64,000 nucleotides of DNA from Curvularia clavata (lineage: Eukaryota), in assembly GCA_023920165.1 (NCBI GenBank), contig CP089274.1, positions 1,426,001 through 1,490,000 on the forward strand, given 5' to 3'. The stretch's first letter is position 1. The number at the start of each line of letters is the position of its first letter. The notes beneath the pieces were generated by a model. The model saw only the letters and a list, made by a program, of their open reading frames with translations, was not told the DNA's origin and searched no databases. The position numbers and the translations under genes were made by a program. Of this stretch, positions 1 through 13,228 are shown piece after piece.

Positions 1-3000
1 TCGAGTATTTCCATGTCCAGATGTTTCCAGGTGGCCGCTATTACTGTTGATGCAATGGGTAAGTCTTTCATTCTCTTGTTAAGGAATAATCACATTAACG
101 TGCGTTCCTCCCTATGTTTTAGGGCCTCAACCGTCCCTTCGGTAACTACGACGTCGTTTGTGTGTTTATTCAAAAGAGAGTTGACAATCTCAGCGGACTC
201 GGTTGATCTTCTAGCGGCTGTCTCTATCATCCCTTACGTGACAGTCACAGTCCCTCCACTCTGGGTCAGAAGGAAATCGACCATGTCAATACTGCACCAC
301 ATATCTGTCATGACATCTATCGTTATCTCTTTCGTAACCTTGACTTCTCCTCCACCTTCCTCCAGAAACTTTACCAGGTCAATGGTCCAGGAACAGTATT
401 TCACGGCCTGTGCTATCATGTCCAGGGTAACGTTGACATTTGCTTTGCCGTGATTGAGAAGACCTTTCGCCGTATCGATGCTGTTGAGGTCACGCTTAAT
501 GACCTTCGATATTATCCTTTGCGTGACTTCAGGCTCTGTTGTACGTTGTTGAAGAAGAGCTATCCAATTGAAGTAAAGAGACGGGTTTCTTACCGCCCTT
601 GTCACCGTCTCCTCGATAACTGGGACGTCTTTCCATGAATGAAGAATCTCTTCTGTTCCCTCATATGAACATTTGGTTATGGCTGTCATCAAGAAATCTT
701 TTCTGCTCTCCGCATCTGTCGTCCAATGCTCGGCGAGGACCTTTGCCACGTCTACACTGCACCCTTCTCCAGCAAATTCTACCACCATTTGTGTAGCGAA
801 CGTAACCCCGAACTCCTTTTGCTTAACAAAATGAGAGATGACACCGCAACTTCGATTTTTCGCCGCAACACTAAAAAAAATGTTCTCTCCCTTGGGATTG
901 GCGTCGGGTCTAGACAGGGCTTCGCGAACCAGCAGCTCTCTCCCTGGCTCTTCCAGATGGTAAACGAGAATGACAAAAGATCTTATAGCAGATGGAAAAT
1001 GATCATCCGGTATGCATGACTCGAGTCGCTGCGATACGTACAGATCCATAGCACAGCATAGATCTCTGGTTTTGATTTCATCGAAAGTACCCGCTAGTCG
1101 TTGGAGGGTAAGAGGTAAAGCATAAAAAGCTTACAGCATCTAAGAATCCCATCAATTCGATCGCTCCAGAGAGTGATGGTAGATTTCGGCCGTCGGCTTT
1201 GGTTATTAAAGGCGTCAGATCGCTGGTCTTTCTCATCTGAGAACAAGGTAGGCCAATAGTCATTCTCTTTTATAAAGAGATATTCTAAAGCCGCTTGCAA
1301 TGGACCTGATCTTCTCATGTCTCCAGCTAGTCTGCAGTGCTGAGCCCAGAAGAGGCCTGCATAGCCTTTAAGCCCCAAAATCACAGGGCTTTCAATCTTG
1401 GTTATCCAACTGAGCACACAGAAGAGTTTGTGTATTGCTGGGCATGGGTTCGTACATAGTAGGTTCAGAGGCATGTTTCCGCTAGGAGGCTGTTTAACGA
1501 TGGCACATTAAATTCAGGTCTTCCTTCTAGGAATTTCCGTACAGACAAATGTGCAAAGCGAAAAGTATGAAGCTGTGAGTCGCAGACGATGAGTTTATTG
1601 CAAATATCCAGTATTTGTTCTTGTGATACTGAAACTCTTTAGTTTTCGTTAGGGATCAATGTGACTGCGGTTAGAAACTCCTCGAGTTCAAGCTTCGTCT
1701 GAGCCGACAGCAACCAGTGGAGGGAATTCTTGAAAATACTCGCTCGAAGCTCTCTCGGAGTGGCGGAAAGTATATTGTACAGCTCGTTGTACAATGTATG
1801 CAGATCAGGCGGAAGTCGACCAACAGCGTTCTTGATATCGTTGTTTAGAGTCAACAAGGAAAGATGTTGGAATGGCATACTAGCTTAACGGAATCTGGAG
1901 ACCGTATAAACATAGACGTGCTCAAATGGAAGTGGCTGCAACTACATTGCACGCGCACCTTTCACTGTTTCGGAAACAATCAGCTTCTTCAACTGGTCAG
2001 GAGACTGGCTGTGGCGTAGCAGCTTTTTCTGCTGAATGAGACGCCTCACCTCGCACTCAACAAACCTTACAATGTCCTTTCCGTTCGCTCGAGAGTCGAT
2101 TTGGAGATTCGGATAGCTTTTCAGCTTGTACACGATGTCTTGATCGTTCCGATTCGAAACGAAAATCTTGACCAAAGTGGATGATGCGTTTTGGAGAATC
2201 GTTTCCAGAAAATCGAGCAACTGCCATCGCTTCTGGAAGTTGCATTCATCTACAGCATCAATCAAAATGGTCGTCTGTGGGTAGACTTCAATCAACTGCA
2301 CTGTGAGTTTGCATATCTCTTCCATCTCAGGTGGCCCAGATGCAAATCCCTGATCTTCTTTCTTTTCGTACATGTCAACTGTAGGTCTTATCAGAGGCTT
2401 TCCTGGTGCTGTGGCTGACAACTGCAGCGCGATACTAGCAGGTATTGCTCTGGTGTTAGAGCGTGTTGATTCGGTTGGATTCCGAGAACAGTAGAAGAAT
2501 ACCGGTTGTGGGCTGTTGCGAGCCTGGGAGTTTTCCATTGCGTCGTCAAACACAATGGATCTAATAATCTTAGCAGCCTTCTCAGAAGCAGATGTTTCGT
2601 TTGGTACTCACATGAGTTTGCTCTTACCAGATCCAGCAATTCCATGGAGCCATGAAATCGAGGAGGCACTATCATCCCTCCATGTCTTGAACACGGGGTT
2701 ATCTAAAAGCCACTTCCCAATATCTTTGAGTAAGCCCTCTTTGACTTGCTTGTGATGTCCCAGGTATGACTCAGGGGAAAGCCACTGGAGAATGGCAATC
2801 CGTTTTGACCCTAAAAATGTAAATGATAGTTCGACACAATTGCATGGTAACTCACTTCTAGGTTGTCCGCTACTTTCTCCAAGCTTTGTTCAATTCTTAT
2901 CAATAGTTGATCCATGGACTTCAGCAAATCTTTGAGTTTGTTAGTCTGCTTGATATGATCTGTGAGAAAACTTAATACGCCCCAAAGTGCTAGAGTAGCT

Positions 3001-3005
3001 GCCAC
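1..3005 (-). pseudogene. Decayed NACHT-NTPase NLR-like gene with C-terminal helical/ankyrin-like repeats; runs off the left edge
   Basis: Reads ILQWLSP..HHKQVKEGLLKDIGKWLL..WLHGIAGSGKSKLM (Walker A, ~2615-2650), FFYCSRN, TTILIDAVDEC (Walker B), VKIFVSNR and FRFAHLSVRKFL, then 'vtee.v..a' repeats. In-frame stops at 1885-1887 (FR*AS where FRW is expected), 1639-1641, ~1094, 234-236 and ~90, plus frameshifts. The 5' boundary is uncertain. Confidence 0.85.
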
Positions 3006-3460
3006 TGACTACTGCTTTCAGCTAAGGACCTCCACTCCTCGGCCCTCTGTCCTGACCTGTGTATTTCGTCTAGACTCGAATCGAAAGCAGGAACCGGACC
3101 AGTACTCTTGATCAGCCGCCCTAATAACATTGGTTGACTTTCTTCCTCTTCCACGGTGTGACTAATAAACGGTTATGTGGTGTGGCATAGATAAACAAGA
3201 GCGCATCATTGCGTAAATATTTAAACACGCCTCGTATGTCATCCGAAAAGAAGGAGGCAACAGCGGTGCAAAGAGCAGGCCCTGGAGGATTCCGAGAAGA
3301 CAAAGAGTCTCATATTACCTCTTGATGCTGAAACGTGAATGTAAGGTAGTGGTCCATCGAAAGTTCTTTTGGCATCCATATAAAACTTCAACTAGTAATA
3401 CAGCTACTTTAAATTTCACTTTGTTGAACGCCACTATGAAAGATGTGAAATTCCAGTCTC

Positions 3461-6400
3461 TCACTCGATAACCAACACTTTCTGCGTGACATCCAGCGCA
3501 CCCTCGAAATTTCCGCTAATGGCATATATGCTTTGCATCGCAAACGCCGCATCAGTGCTGAAATCCTCGTAGCCCCAATTTCCATCTTGACACTGATCTA
3601 CTGCCTCCTTCTTCACCTCCTTGCTAAGTGCAACGCATTTCTCATAAGCGGGTAGCGCCAGGGCAATGAGACCCAAACTGTGCCACATGCGACCAACATT
3701 GAATTCTGCTTCTTGGCGTTGAATGGCATAGGGACTCTTGATCCGCAGGTCGTAGTATCTGTAGATGAAGGAGAGACCTTGTTGAATTTGGTACTGTCTA
3801 TTTTCCGAGAGTCGCTTCATGGCGTGCTGGATGTATGCTACACCTATACCCAGGTTGAGCACAGGGTCTTCAGGCGTAAGGGAAAATGCACGAAAGTAGT
3901 AGTTTAGCGCTGCCATGTAGCTTCCACCGCACATCAAGACGTGTGCGTACAGTGCAAATAGTGCAGGGTCGTGATCTTTGACTTTGCCTACGTCTTCGAT
4001 ATTAACATTGTTTCTGAAACCGCCTTTGATGGCTTTGGTGTCCCGAAAGTTCAAGGTAATACGCTGTTCGGGGGTAAGGAGTGCATAGTCGACGGTCTTT
4101 ATGTAGCGCATGAGTACTTTATATGCGGGACCAGTGGCAAACCCTTCAGGGAAAGAACACAGACGGTTGACAGCGCTGTATAGACGGAAGAGGTCGGTGC
4201 CGAAGGGGTATTCCTTGAGAAGCCAGCGCGCTGCAACCGAAGCTTGCCGTGAATTATCGGCTGCAAGGGCACATGTGAGTCGACACATCTGAAGCTGATA
4301 GTAGTAACTTTGGGAGCGGGAAAAGACGTTGGCCTGGAGGGCAATGTCAAGCGTAGCAAAACATTGCTCTTCGTCACCTTCGCTTGCAAGGAGGATGGCA
4401 TAACGACCAAAAGCATCACACCACTTGTCGAAATGTACACCCCAGAAATCAGCTGGGGGCGTATCGGGTCGCTCTCGGAGTTCAGGGGGTGTCTCGCCAT
4501 CTTCGACGTTGTTGGCCACTACAGCAAGCACCATGAGTGCCGATTCTTTCCAGAGGTCTCCACCTGTCACTCGTCGGAAATAAGTTGTGAAGTCCTCTTT
4601 TCTATTGGAATAAAACAGATCGAAGGTGGAAAACTCTTCAATCAACTCGCGAGTGATAGAGAGAACCTCTTTGATGGCCTCATCATTTCCGTCTTCGGCC
4701 GGTTTCCATATCTCGTCCAGTCGCTCAAAACTGGAGACAATTTCCCGATGCTGAGCCCGGGCAGCCTTCAGATCCTCGGCGAAGTCCGTAGCAAGCTTTT
4801 GGAGTTTGTTGCGGAACAGCCTGTTCGTGATTGCCTCATACGGCACATCCGTGCCTTCAAGTGTAGTGCGCTTCGGTTCGATGTCGGGTACTGGCTCAAT
4901 GTCATCCTCGCGTACATCAAGGAAGGCTTGCACTTTTGGTGCCTTGGCCCTCTTCGTTCGGAACAATCCTTTCTTGGGCCGCTCAGTGGAAGCAATGATT
5001 GCGGGGAGCTCCTTGTTTCCGGTTTCATCAGCAGAATCACCGTTTTCCTCAACCTGTCCCGTTGCCTTTCTCATCTTCTTCCTGTTTCTTCGTACTGTGT
5101 TCTTCTTCCTACCATACCTGCCCCGGGCTTGTCTACGTTGGTTATAATAGAATACCCTGAGCTCATCGTATGCCTGGAAGCCAAGAGCCTTAAGTTTATG
5201 GCCATACTTGTCGCGGTAAATAGTCTCGGCACGCTGTCCAGCTTCTTGCCACATGCCCTGATCTTCGAAGAATTTCGCGAGGACAGCAAGGTCATCATAG
5301 TTCTCTGCTGGCCATTTTTTCAATATGGGGATGACCTCGGCCGCCTTATCGATTCGCCCTTCGTTTTTGAAACAGGTGTGTAGGCCAATGTAACTCATCA
5401 AGTTAAATTCTTTAGAGTCGTTGTCGTACAGCGGCTCGTAGAAGCGTAGCGCATCCTTGTCATGGCCGGTAGCATGCAAGGCATCACCAACGATCCGAAA
5501 GAGATCTTCATAGTCCCACATCAGTGCGTATGGGCCGTGGTCGTCTGGCTGTAACATCTCTAGATGGTGCTGAATTGGTCAGCGGATACATAAACTCAAA
5601 TCGCATGCTCCACTCACCATAGCCTCCTGGAAATCTTCCTTGCTTCTACGCAGCCTAAACAGCCCAAGTTTGACCCTGATTTCTAGTGGAAGGGTGGAAC
5701 CATATTTAGCATCTTGCGACTTCCGTAAAAAGCCTGGAACAGCGACACGTCTGGGTTCATCTTCAATGTCAAATTCGCGGTCGTCGTCAACTTGGTCCCA
5801 GAACGTTTCCGTACGTCTGCCTTGTTTCCATCGCGAGAGCAATTTCAGTTTTTTGATTCCCGTGGCGTAACTACCGGCTCGGTCCAAGAGATCAAGATAG
5901 ATGTTTATCAACTCCCAATCGAGTTCGCTAGAGACCGGATCCCGACCGGGTTGTGTGAAAACATCAACAGCCTCCTCAAAGCTGTCGATGAGCTTGTGGA
6001 GATGGTTCTTGGTCTGCTTTGGTGTTGCAGTGCCCATCATTGCCATGATCTTCAGTACACTAGTGTCCGGGTCTTCTCCCTGCTCTTTGCGTGTCTTGAG
6101 CATCTTGAGACCTAGCGCTACGCACTTTGATGAACGCCCAAGCTGCGCCTCGATTTCGAGTTTGTAACTGCGAGCTTCATAGTCATTGCTGAGTAGAATG
6201 ATTTCATTTAAGCACGGAAGTATGGCAGCCGACTTGTTCGCGTCAGTAAATCGTGGGTGTTGCTCCGGATCCAACTGTTGAATACGCTCGATGATGTACT
6301 GCCAAAGGCCGGGATCACGCTTTGTAGGTGCTCCAGCTAATAGCACCGCTATCGAATCTTCTTCACGACCCATCTCGGTATAGATCTCAGAGGCAATATT

Positions 6401-7390
6401 GTAAGCGTCGAAAATCTCCGGATTCAACTGGATAGCCTGCTGGGCAAATGAGAGGGCAGCCTCATAGTCTTTTTCGATGAACTTGGCATTTGCTTGTTTC
6501 TGCAAGGCCTTCCACTCGGTGCCTGGATCGGCAACAGGACGAGGGCCTCGAGGGCCTTTCTCTCTTCCAGGTCTTCCCCGTCTTCTGCTCCGTGTAGAAC
6601 TAGCACCGCCATGACCACCGCGACCTCTAGTTGATGGGCGCCCTCTTTTGCCCCCACGTCTTCCTCTGGTGCTGGCCATTGATACGATGCCAGCCACGGA
6701 ACCCCTACCACTGCCCTTTCCTCTTCTCTGCCTTGCAGGCCCTTCCATATCGTCAAAATCGATGCCGAGCTCCATTTCGTCAGGGTCACCTTCATCTTGC
6801 TGCGCATCCTCAGATGAATAGTTTGCGTCTGCTTCAGAGTCGTCTTTGTTGAGTATTTGATTAATCCGTTCTCGCTCCTCCTCTTCTTGAATCATACGCT
6901 CAAATTCGTCCTCTTCATCTTCTTCATCATCGTCTTCCGAGCTCTCAAATTCGCGATCATAAATCGGATTGTGAAATCCATTAGTATCCGTGTATTCGTC
7001 CTCATATTCTTCGCCAGGGTTGGCCGGAATAAATCCTTCGAAAACAGCTGGCCCACTGGCAGCATAAGCCCGATTGAATGGGTCCTGAAAATTTCCACTG
7101 GTAAAAGGTGCCAAAGGCTCTTCTTGAAGACCCTCTACAGCACTCAGTGGAATCAGAGGTATGTACGGATTCCGAGCTGGCGGTTGATAGTGAAACTGGG
7201 GTTGCTGGAACTGGGGTTGCTGATGTATGGAGTGTTGGGGAAAGACTGGTACATGCTGTGGAAAATGCACAGGATACTGCTGTCTGCCATGTTGGGTATC
7301 TTCGGGTGTATTTGTAAGAGGCAAGAAATGTCTACGGTTCTCGGAATGTCCTTGGGGCCATTGCCCATAGTATCTCTGATCCGGATCCAT
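3461..7390 (-). CDS. TFC4: RNA polymerase III transcription factor TFIIIC subunit Tfc4 (tau131), TPR protein
   Basis: Two long ORFs joined by intron 5570-5617 (GTGAGT..CTGAC..CAG). Acidic and RG-rich N-terminus, TPRs, and the C-terminal YIQHAMKRLSENRQYQIQQG / QEAEFNVGR motifs typical of Tfc4. Confidence 0.9.
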
Positions 7391-7955
7391 CACGGGCCCT
7401 GCTTTTGGTGCCTACATTAGTCGGCGTCTGTTAGTGATAGATCAATCCAGCATCGGATTCTGAGAGGCTGGTGGTGAGGAAAGCTTCGGAAGCAGGGATT
7501 GTCTTCCAAAAGGCTAGCAGGCATCCGTGCGTTGCGCTAGCACATGTCGTGCAGGTCCACGAGGGCGTGCCGGCACAATATCTCAGGCACAAGGACGGTA
7601 TTGGTAGAACGACAGAGCGGACTGCCAGCCGACATCTATGCTTCTCTAATATCCACAACATGCATTATTCGAAATACAGCACATATCCACAGCCTTTGTC
7701 GCGGGCTATCAAAATAAGACTTACGGTATCGCAGCCGTTTTACTACTGACTAATGGCCTAGCTTTCCTAACTAGTCTTTAGAATCCAAATATATATTTTA
7801 TCTAGGCCCTCGGCAATGCCAGCGTCATGGGTCGATTGTTTGTTTTCAGGGTTGAAACTACTCCTTCTCACCCGACACCTGCAACAACCTATTCGAAAAC
7901 AAGGATAGTCGAGCCTTCCATACAATCACTTCCTCCAATACCTGATACCGCAGCC

Positions 7956-8537
7956 ATGATATGGCGATATATTCTCTTCAGTCTCTTGTGTGCCTCTATT
8001 CTCATCACTACCAGTGTATTACGACATAGGGCCCAGCAGCCACTTCTTCCACCGCATGGATCGAGTCAATCACATTTGCATAATATCAAGGTCGTGTTAG
8101 CATTGGAAGAGAGGGGAAGCGAGATGGAACAGCTGGCGGAAATCCCACTAAACACACGGATTTTCTCAGGTAGGTCGCGTACCATAAGTCCAGCACAGAA
8201 TTCCTATGATCCAGCGCAGAGTGCAGCAGTGAGATATTACCGTTGAACATCACTGACCTTGCTGCTAGGCGCAAGTTTTACAAGTCGCCCAAAGACCATC
8301 AGGATTGTCATGGCATTCGCTGCACAAGACCGTTCGGTACCATTAGAACGACTAGACAGTATCATGTGTAAAATCACAACCGAGATCGACACTGGAGAGC
8401 AGAACGCGACAGTCAGTGAAAACGAGTCCGAGGGGTTGTCATGGTTCATGTTGAAAGACGGATCGCTTCGACTGCAAGATACAGCGTCGAAATGGTTTCT
8501 GGGTGGCCGGGCGATTGAGAGTCTAGAGTGCCGTTGA
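7956..8537 (+). CDS. Small hypothetical protein with an N-terminal signal/transmembrane segment
   Basis: ATG 7956 MIWRYILFSLLCASILITTSV; intron ~8171-8268 (GTAGGT..CTGAC..TAG) joins in frame to the GASFTSRPK.. ORF. No family recognised. Confidence 0.45.
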
Positions 8538-8699
8538 AACGCCAGCAGTCAAAACAGAAGATTACCAAGTATAAGATACGATTGCTCACTCATAATACTC
8601 TATGCTCTCTGGGTATATTACAGTGCTCATTGTATGGATGCCATCGATATGTCAAAAGCCAGGCGAACCCAAACGCCTATTATGCAAAACATGAACCGG

Positions 8700-9356
8700 T
8701 CAGACATTGTTATCCCCTTCGTTCATGCCGACCATCTCGTATTCCCCTGCGCCATCTCTCCCTCTTCCCCTTCCTCTCCCCCTAGACTCGCCCCCTTCCT
8801 CATCACCTGCTACTTGCGATCGCGCGGGTGTTTTGCTACCAAAGTTGATAGGTCTCAGCTCTCGCCACTGGCATGCCCACACACCCAATGAAGTCATGAT
8901 AGTCGCGCTACATATCTGCAACGCCCACCAGAAAAGGTTGGCGGGTATCGCGTGCGTGTACAAGGAGGTGACGACGAGATGGATAAAGTGTACAGTGAGG
9001 GCAAAGTCAAGGACGAGTTTCGAGCGGGCGATGAGTAGTAATATGAAAATGGCACTGCAACGTGTTAGAGGGGTGTACAACTTCAAACAACGCGTCGGAG
9101 GGGCCTACCTAGTGAGACTGTTCAGCACCCAGACCAAACCCAGGGTCCATCCAACCGTAGTGTCACCGCTTAGGCTCTGCCAGCTGAAGAGGAGATCAAG
9201 GCTAACCTCCTTACCCGCTACCAACGCAGTGAAGAGAATCAGAACCCCGGCGCATGCATAGTACGCGAGTTGCAGGAGGACAATCTGCGAGAGGATGCGG
9301 GTGGGCGAGAGATCCGCGAGTGCACCAGGTCGAGGAGGGCGGCGTCGGCGTGGCAT
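8700..9356 (-). CDS. SYS1: Golgi integral membrane protein Sys1
   Basis: MPRRRRPPRPG..ILSQIVLLQ..ARSKLVLDFALTVHFIHL..CQWRELRPI; intron 9055-9108. Confidence 0.92.
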
Positions 9357-9737
9357 TAATCCGCAGGCGAAGCGCTATGTTATGGGCATACGCGGAGTAG
9401 GATCCAAAGTTGACGGTTATTACTGTAGTTGGCAAGGTTGCCTGTTCACGGGTGGTTCATTGTAACGGTTCGGCGAAACGCAGGGCTTCAGCGCCGATGT
9501 CATAGCGTGGGAACTTTTGCCAAGCACGAATTCGAGATGATCGTACTTCCGCCTCTGCGGTACGAACTGTTCTACCCATAAAGCATACCAGGAAAGCTTA
9601 CACTACAGAAAAAAAGGGTACTCATACAAATGCTCTAATGAAACTCGATCGTTCTGTCGTTCCTAGCTGACTAGCGGCAGCTTCAATCTCGAACCTCCAC
9701 CTCCGCACCTTTCTCCGCAACTCTATCTCCAGCAACC

Positions 9738-10262
9738 ATGGGCTGGTTCGGCTCAAGTTCAAAGGACGACTCTGGCGTCAAGAAGACCGAAGGCGGCGCA
9801 TTTGAGTCGCCCTCACGATCAAACCGCAAACAATGCTACGCAGCACGAGACGCCTTTTTCGAATGTCTTGACAAGAACAACATCCTGGACAGCATAAACA
9901 CAAAGTCTGGGAGGGACAAGGCTGCGAGCTTCTGCGGACAATTAGACAAGGAGTTTGAGAAGAACTGTGCACACAGTTGGGTGAGTTGATTTGCAATCTC
10001 GACCCCGTGATCACATCACCTGGTCTATTTGCGGAGTAATTTCCCAGGGTGCACTGGGGGAAACTCTCTCTCTCTCTCTCTCTCTCTTCTCAATCAGACA
10101 GAAGAACTGATGTCCAGAAAACGTACTGACAAGAACCAGGTTGAGTACTTCAAGAAGCAAAGAGTCGTCAACTACCAGCGCGAACAGACAATCAAAAAGA
10201 TTGAAATGCAAGGCGGTGAAATCACAGCACCACAATTACCTCTGCCAGGTCAAAATAAGTAA
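9738..10262 (+). CDS. COA6: Cytochrome c oxidase assembly factor Coa6 (COX6B-like CX9C/CX10C)
   Basis: PSRSNRKQCYAARDAFFECLD..C..FEKNCAHSW|VEYFKKQR; intron 9981-10139. Confidence 0.88.
10064..10087. repeat. (CT)~12 microsatellite in the COA6 intron
   Basis: Directly visible. Confidence 0.9.
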
Positions 10263-12287
10263 CTTTGCGGTACCGCCAGAAAGTTACCTCGTCTGCCTTG
10301 GTCAGCTGTTCCGCTTTGATTTAACGTCGCCTATGACCCTGTACAATATGTACAATATGTAGTAGTACTATCAGTGAATACACACGATTCCCCCGGTCGC
10401 TCACAAACGAGCAGGGTCCAGCATCTCGTGCACAAAGTAAGGATAAATTAACCAAAAATGGGATGTCCTTTCGCTCTTCCAGCGATATGCCCATGGGCAT
10501 ATTAACAGCCCCAACACCGGAACATTTCCCTTGCTCACGTATCCACCACATGCAAACACCGCATCATCTATCCACGCAAACACCTCATTAACCAAACTCC
10601 GATGCATGCATGCCAGAACGCCCGCTCACCCCTCGAAAAAAAAAGCCCGAACCGTATATGTAGCTTCGCTTAAAAGGACCCAACACTAAAAAGAAACGAG
10701 CAAGACACGCGGACATGAATCCCAATCTAACAGTAACTTAGGGCCACTGGCTTCCTTGACCCGCATAATGTCGTCAGTCCATCCCCCTAGCTTTCACACC
10801 ATCAGGGCGGTAATCCCCAAGTCTCCCCGCGCATGCTTTCATACACACATAGTGCATATCGAAACTCAGGGCAGAGCCCTGACCCTATGTGCAGGGATGC
10901 CTTTGCATCTGCATACATACATGTATGCACAAATCAGCCGCAACCGTAGCGAAATTCCCCCTCATCTAAGCTATGCACGGAAGAAATCAAACAAAAACAC
11001 CGGGGTATATGTCTAGTTCCTGCCTCTGCTTTTACCCTCTCGGTGTTTCATTTTCTAGCACCAAACCACGGGAAAAGCAAAAACCTCATGCGCACTGCGC
11101 AGATGACCCCGGTTAATTAATTGGAGGAGATAATAGATAGTGCATACGTTGGGCCCCCACTCCACCCACCAACCCCCATCTACAGTACATAGTAGTATGT
11201 ACATTACATGCAAGCATCCCGTGTCTTGGCACGTTGTTGCTCTCCTCTGGTTCCGTGGAGGAAGAAACAAGTGCATGTTCGCGCCCCACTCACCAACTTA
11301 AGCTACCACCGCGACCAATCCCGCTATTGGAGTGACAACGAGAAAAGAACAAATGCCTCTTTCTCATTGGTATGCAAATAGTCAAGCTAGTAAAAGCGGA
11401 CCCAGGTCCGCTTTCCCCCTTCCTGCGGGACAGGTGTACTCGGGCGACAGCAAAAAGCAAGCATAACGTGAGGAACCGGTACCAGTACCAAAAAAGAATG
11501 ATCAAGGGCCCCCAAAAAACGGAGATTGACCCGTTGCGGCAAAGGTGACAAAAAGTAAGGAACGAGTAAAGTTTCAAAATTACGTGCGTAAGGTGTGCAG
11601 GAACAGGCCGAGGATGAGTTGGTTGGATGGGGACGGTAGAGAGAGTAAGCAGCGCAAACAAGGTTGTATCACCAGAGAAGAATGGGTGCGAATCGGAAGA
11701 ATTAGGTGTAAAGCACACCATGCTTTCAAATGCAAAACACTTTAAGCGCAACCCCTCACCTCCGCCTTCACTTTGCCGCGTGGACAAAGCAAATGCAGGG
11801 TCACAAATAAGCCCATGTGACAAATTGGGCTTTTGCACACCGGCTAAGGGCCATTTTGTTAACCTAATACTCTGCATACGTTAAATACCGATTGGTTCCA
11901 CACTATCTGGAAAGGTTGCAGGTGCTAGCCGCAGCATCGAGCAGCAGTCGCGCCACTTGGTCTGAGTTGTCGGGTCGGCGAGATCTGAGCTTTATTTCTC
12001 TCGGTTATCTCTCTGCATTCCAGAGGAACCCCACCCAACCTGATGACTTCATCCGAGGTGCGAGTCAAGTCCTGCTTTTTCGCCCCCTCCATTGGCTCGG
12101 CGCCTGCGCTGAGGAATCCCGTCTTCTGGAAGCGTGTGTGCGCGTGCATGATGCATTCCAACTCGTATCTTTCGGGATTCGTATCCCGTTTTTTTGCCTC
12201 TATCGTGCAGCAGCAGGAGACTTGGCGGGCAAAGAGTGTTGGTCTCCGTTGTCGTTCATCTAATGAGTCGTAATTAATCTCGTGATT

Positions 12288-13228
12288 TCACCACTTTGTT
12301 GGCCATATCGTCGCAGGATCAAACTCTCGTCTAAAGATATCCACGTCAGACATGCAGCCCTTGCTCGGCGACCCAACCATGCTGCTATCGATGGCGAACA
12401 CGACATCCTGGAATGCGCCGTGAAACTCCTCTTCTTCAAAGAGCAATTGCCTCCACATGCGCGCTACTTCCTGCGCCGGGTTGCGGAAAATGGGTCCTAG
12501 GCCGAAAGCGCTCAGAACCAAGTTTCGGTGTCCACAGTATGAGGCGATGCGCAGGACTGCTCGCATTTTCTCCCTCATGAGCTCCCTCTCTTGTGCAAAC
12601 GAGTATTTGCAGCCGCTCTCATCGAGCTTTGGACGACGTACCGGCGCCACGGAGATGACAGGCAGTGAAGCTATATCCGCAAAAGGCGCGTAGTCTTGGT
12701 CGGGGCCTGCTCTGAAGACGACTGTGGCGCGTTAGTGGAAATCCTCTCCGGAGACGGACTTTGTTAGCATCTCAACATACAAACTTCGGGCGAGTATATC
12801 CCGCCCCTTTGTGGGATGGGATAATAATTTTCCTCGACGCCTAATTGTGCGTTCCATGGCATGGTGAGAGCGTGGACAAGGTTACTTCTTCGCGCAAAGC
12901 ACTCTTCTGGGGCCATGAGTCCAGATTCCCAGTCACCACCTGCACGCTTCTCGTTGGCGACGTTGATGACCGGTATTCGTTTGCAGTTTGGATCAGCATT
13001 TACGGCGCTTTGGTACCAGCCCAAGGCGTAGTTGACAGGGTCGCCTTCCATGACTGCGACTCTTGTCCGTTGTGAGGATCGCTTGTCGACATTGACTCGT
13101 ATTTGGGAAGAGTCAGGGTACAGATATGAAGTTTTTGAGTCTCGAATGTAGTGTTTCCAGATATGAGGCATCCACACTCTTTTTGCTTCGGCTGCTATTT
13201 CTGAGGGTTTTGGTCTGGATTGCGGCAT
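12288..13228 (-). CDS. TIGR02452/DUF2263-family macrodomain protein (microbial PARG-like)
   Basis: INVANEKRAGGDWESGLMAPEECFARRSNL, GGIYSPEV|FVFRAG and MRAVLRIA..GHRNLVLSAFGLG.FRNP..VA..W..VVFAI; intron 12722-12780. Confidence 0.8.

Noticed and set aside
4310..5383. Long antisense ORFs (for example 357 aa opposite TFC4, and others opposite MED14, the AAA ATPase and S41)
   Set aside because: They are shadows of real coding strands with no motifs of their own.
9981..10139. Long COA6 intron as a snoRNA host
   Set aside because: Its length is partly explained by the CT repeat and an imperfect hairpin; there are no convincing boxes or guide.
12040..12070. CTGATGA as a hammerhead core or C box
   Set aside because: There is no stem II followed by GAAA and no recognisable rRNA guide.
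10270..12285. Telomerase RNA or RNase MRP/P in the long gap
   Set aside because: I found no TAACCCTAA-type template on either strand. The ATGGGCTTA motif pairs locally in a simple hairpin and has no distant CR-I partner.
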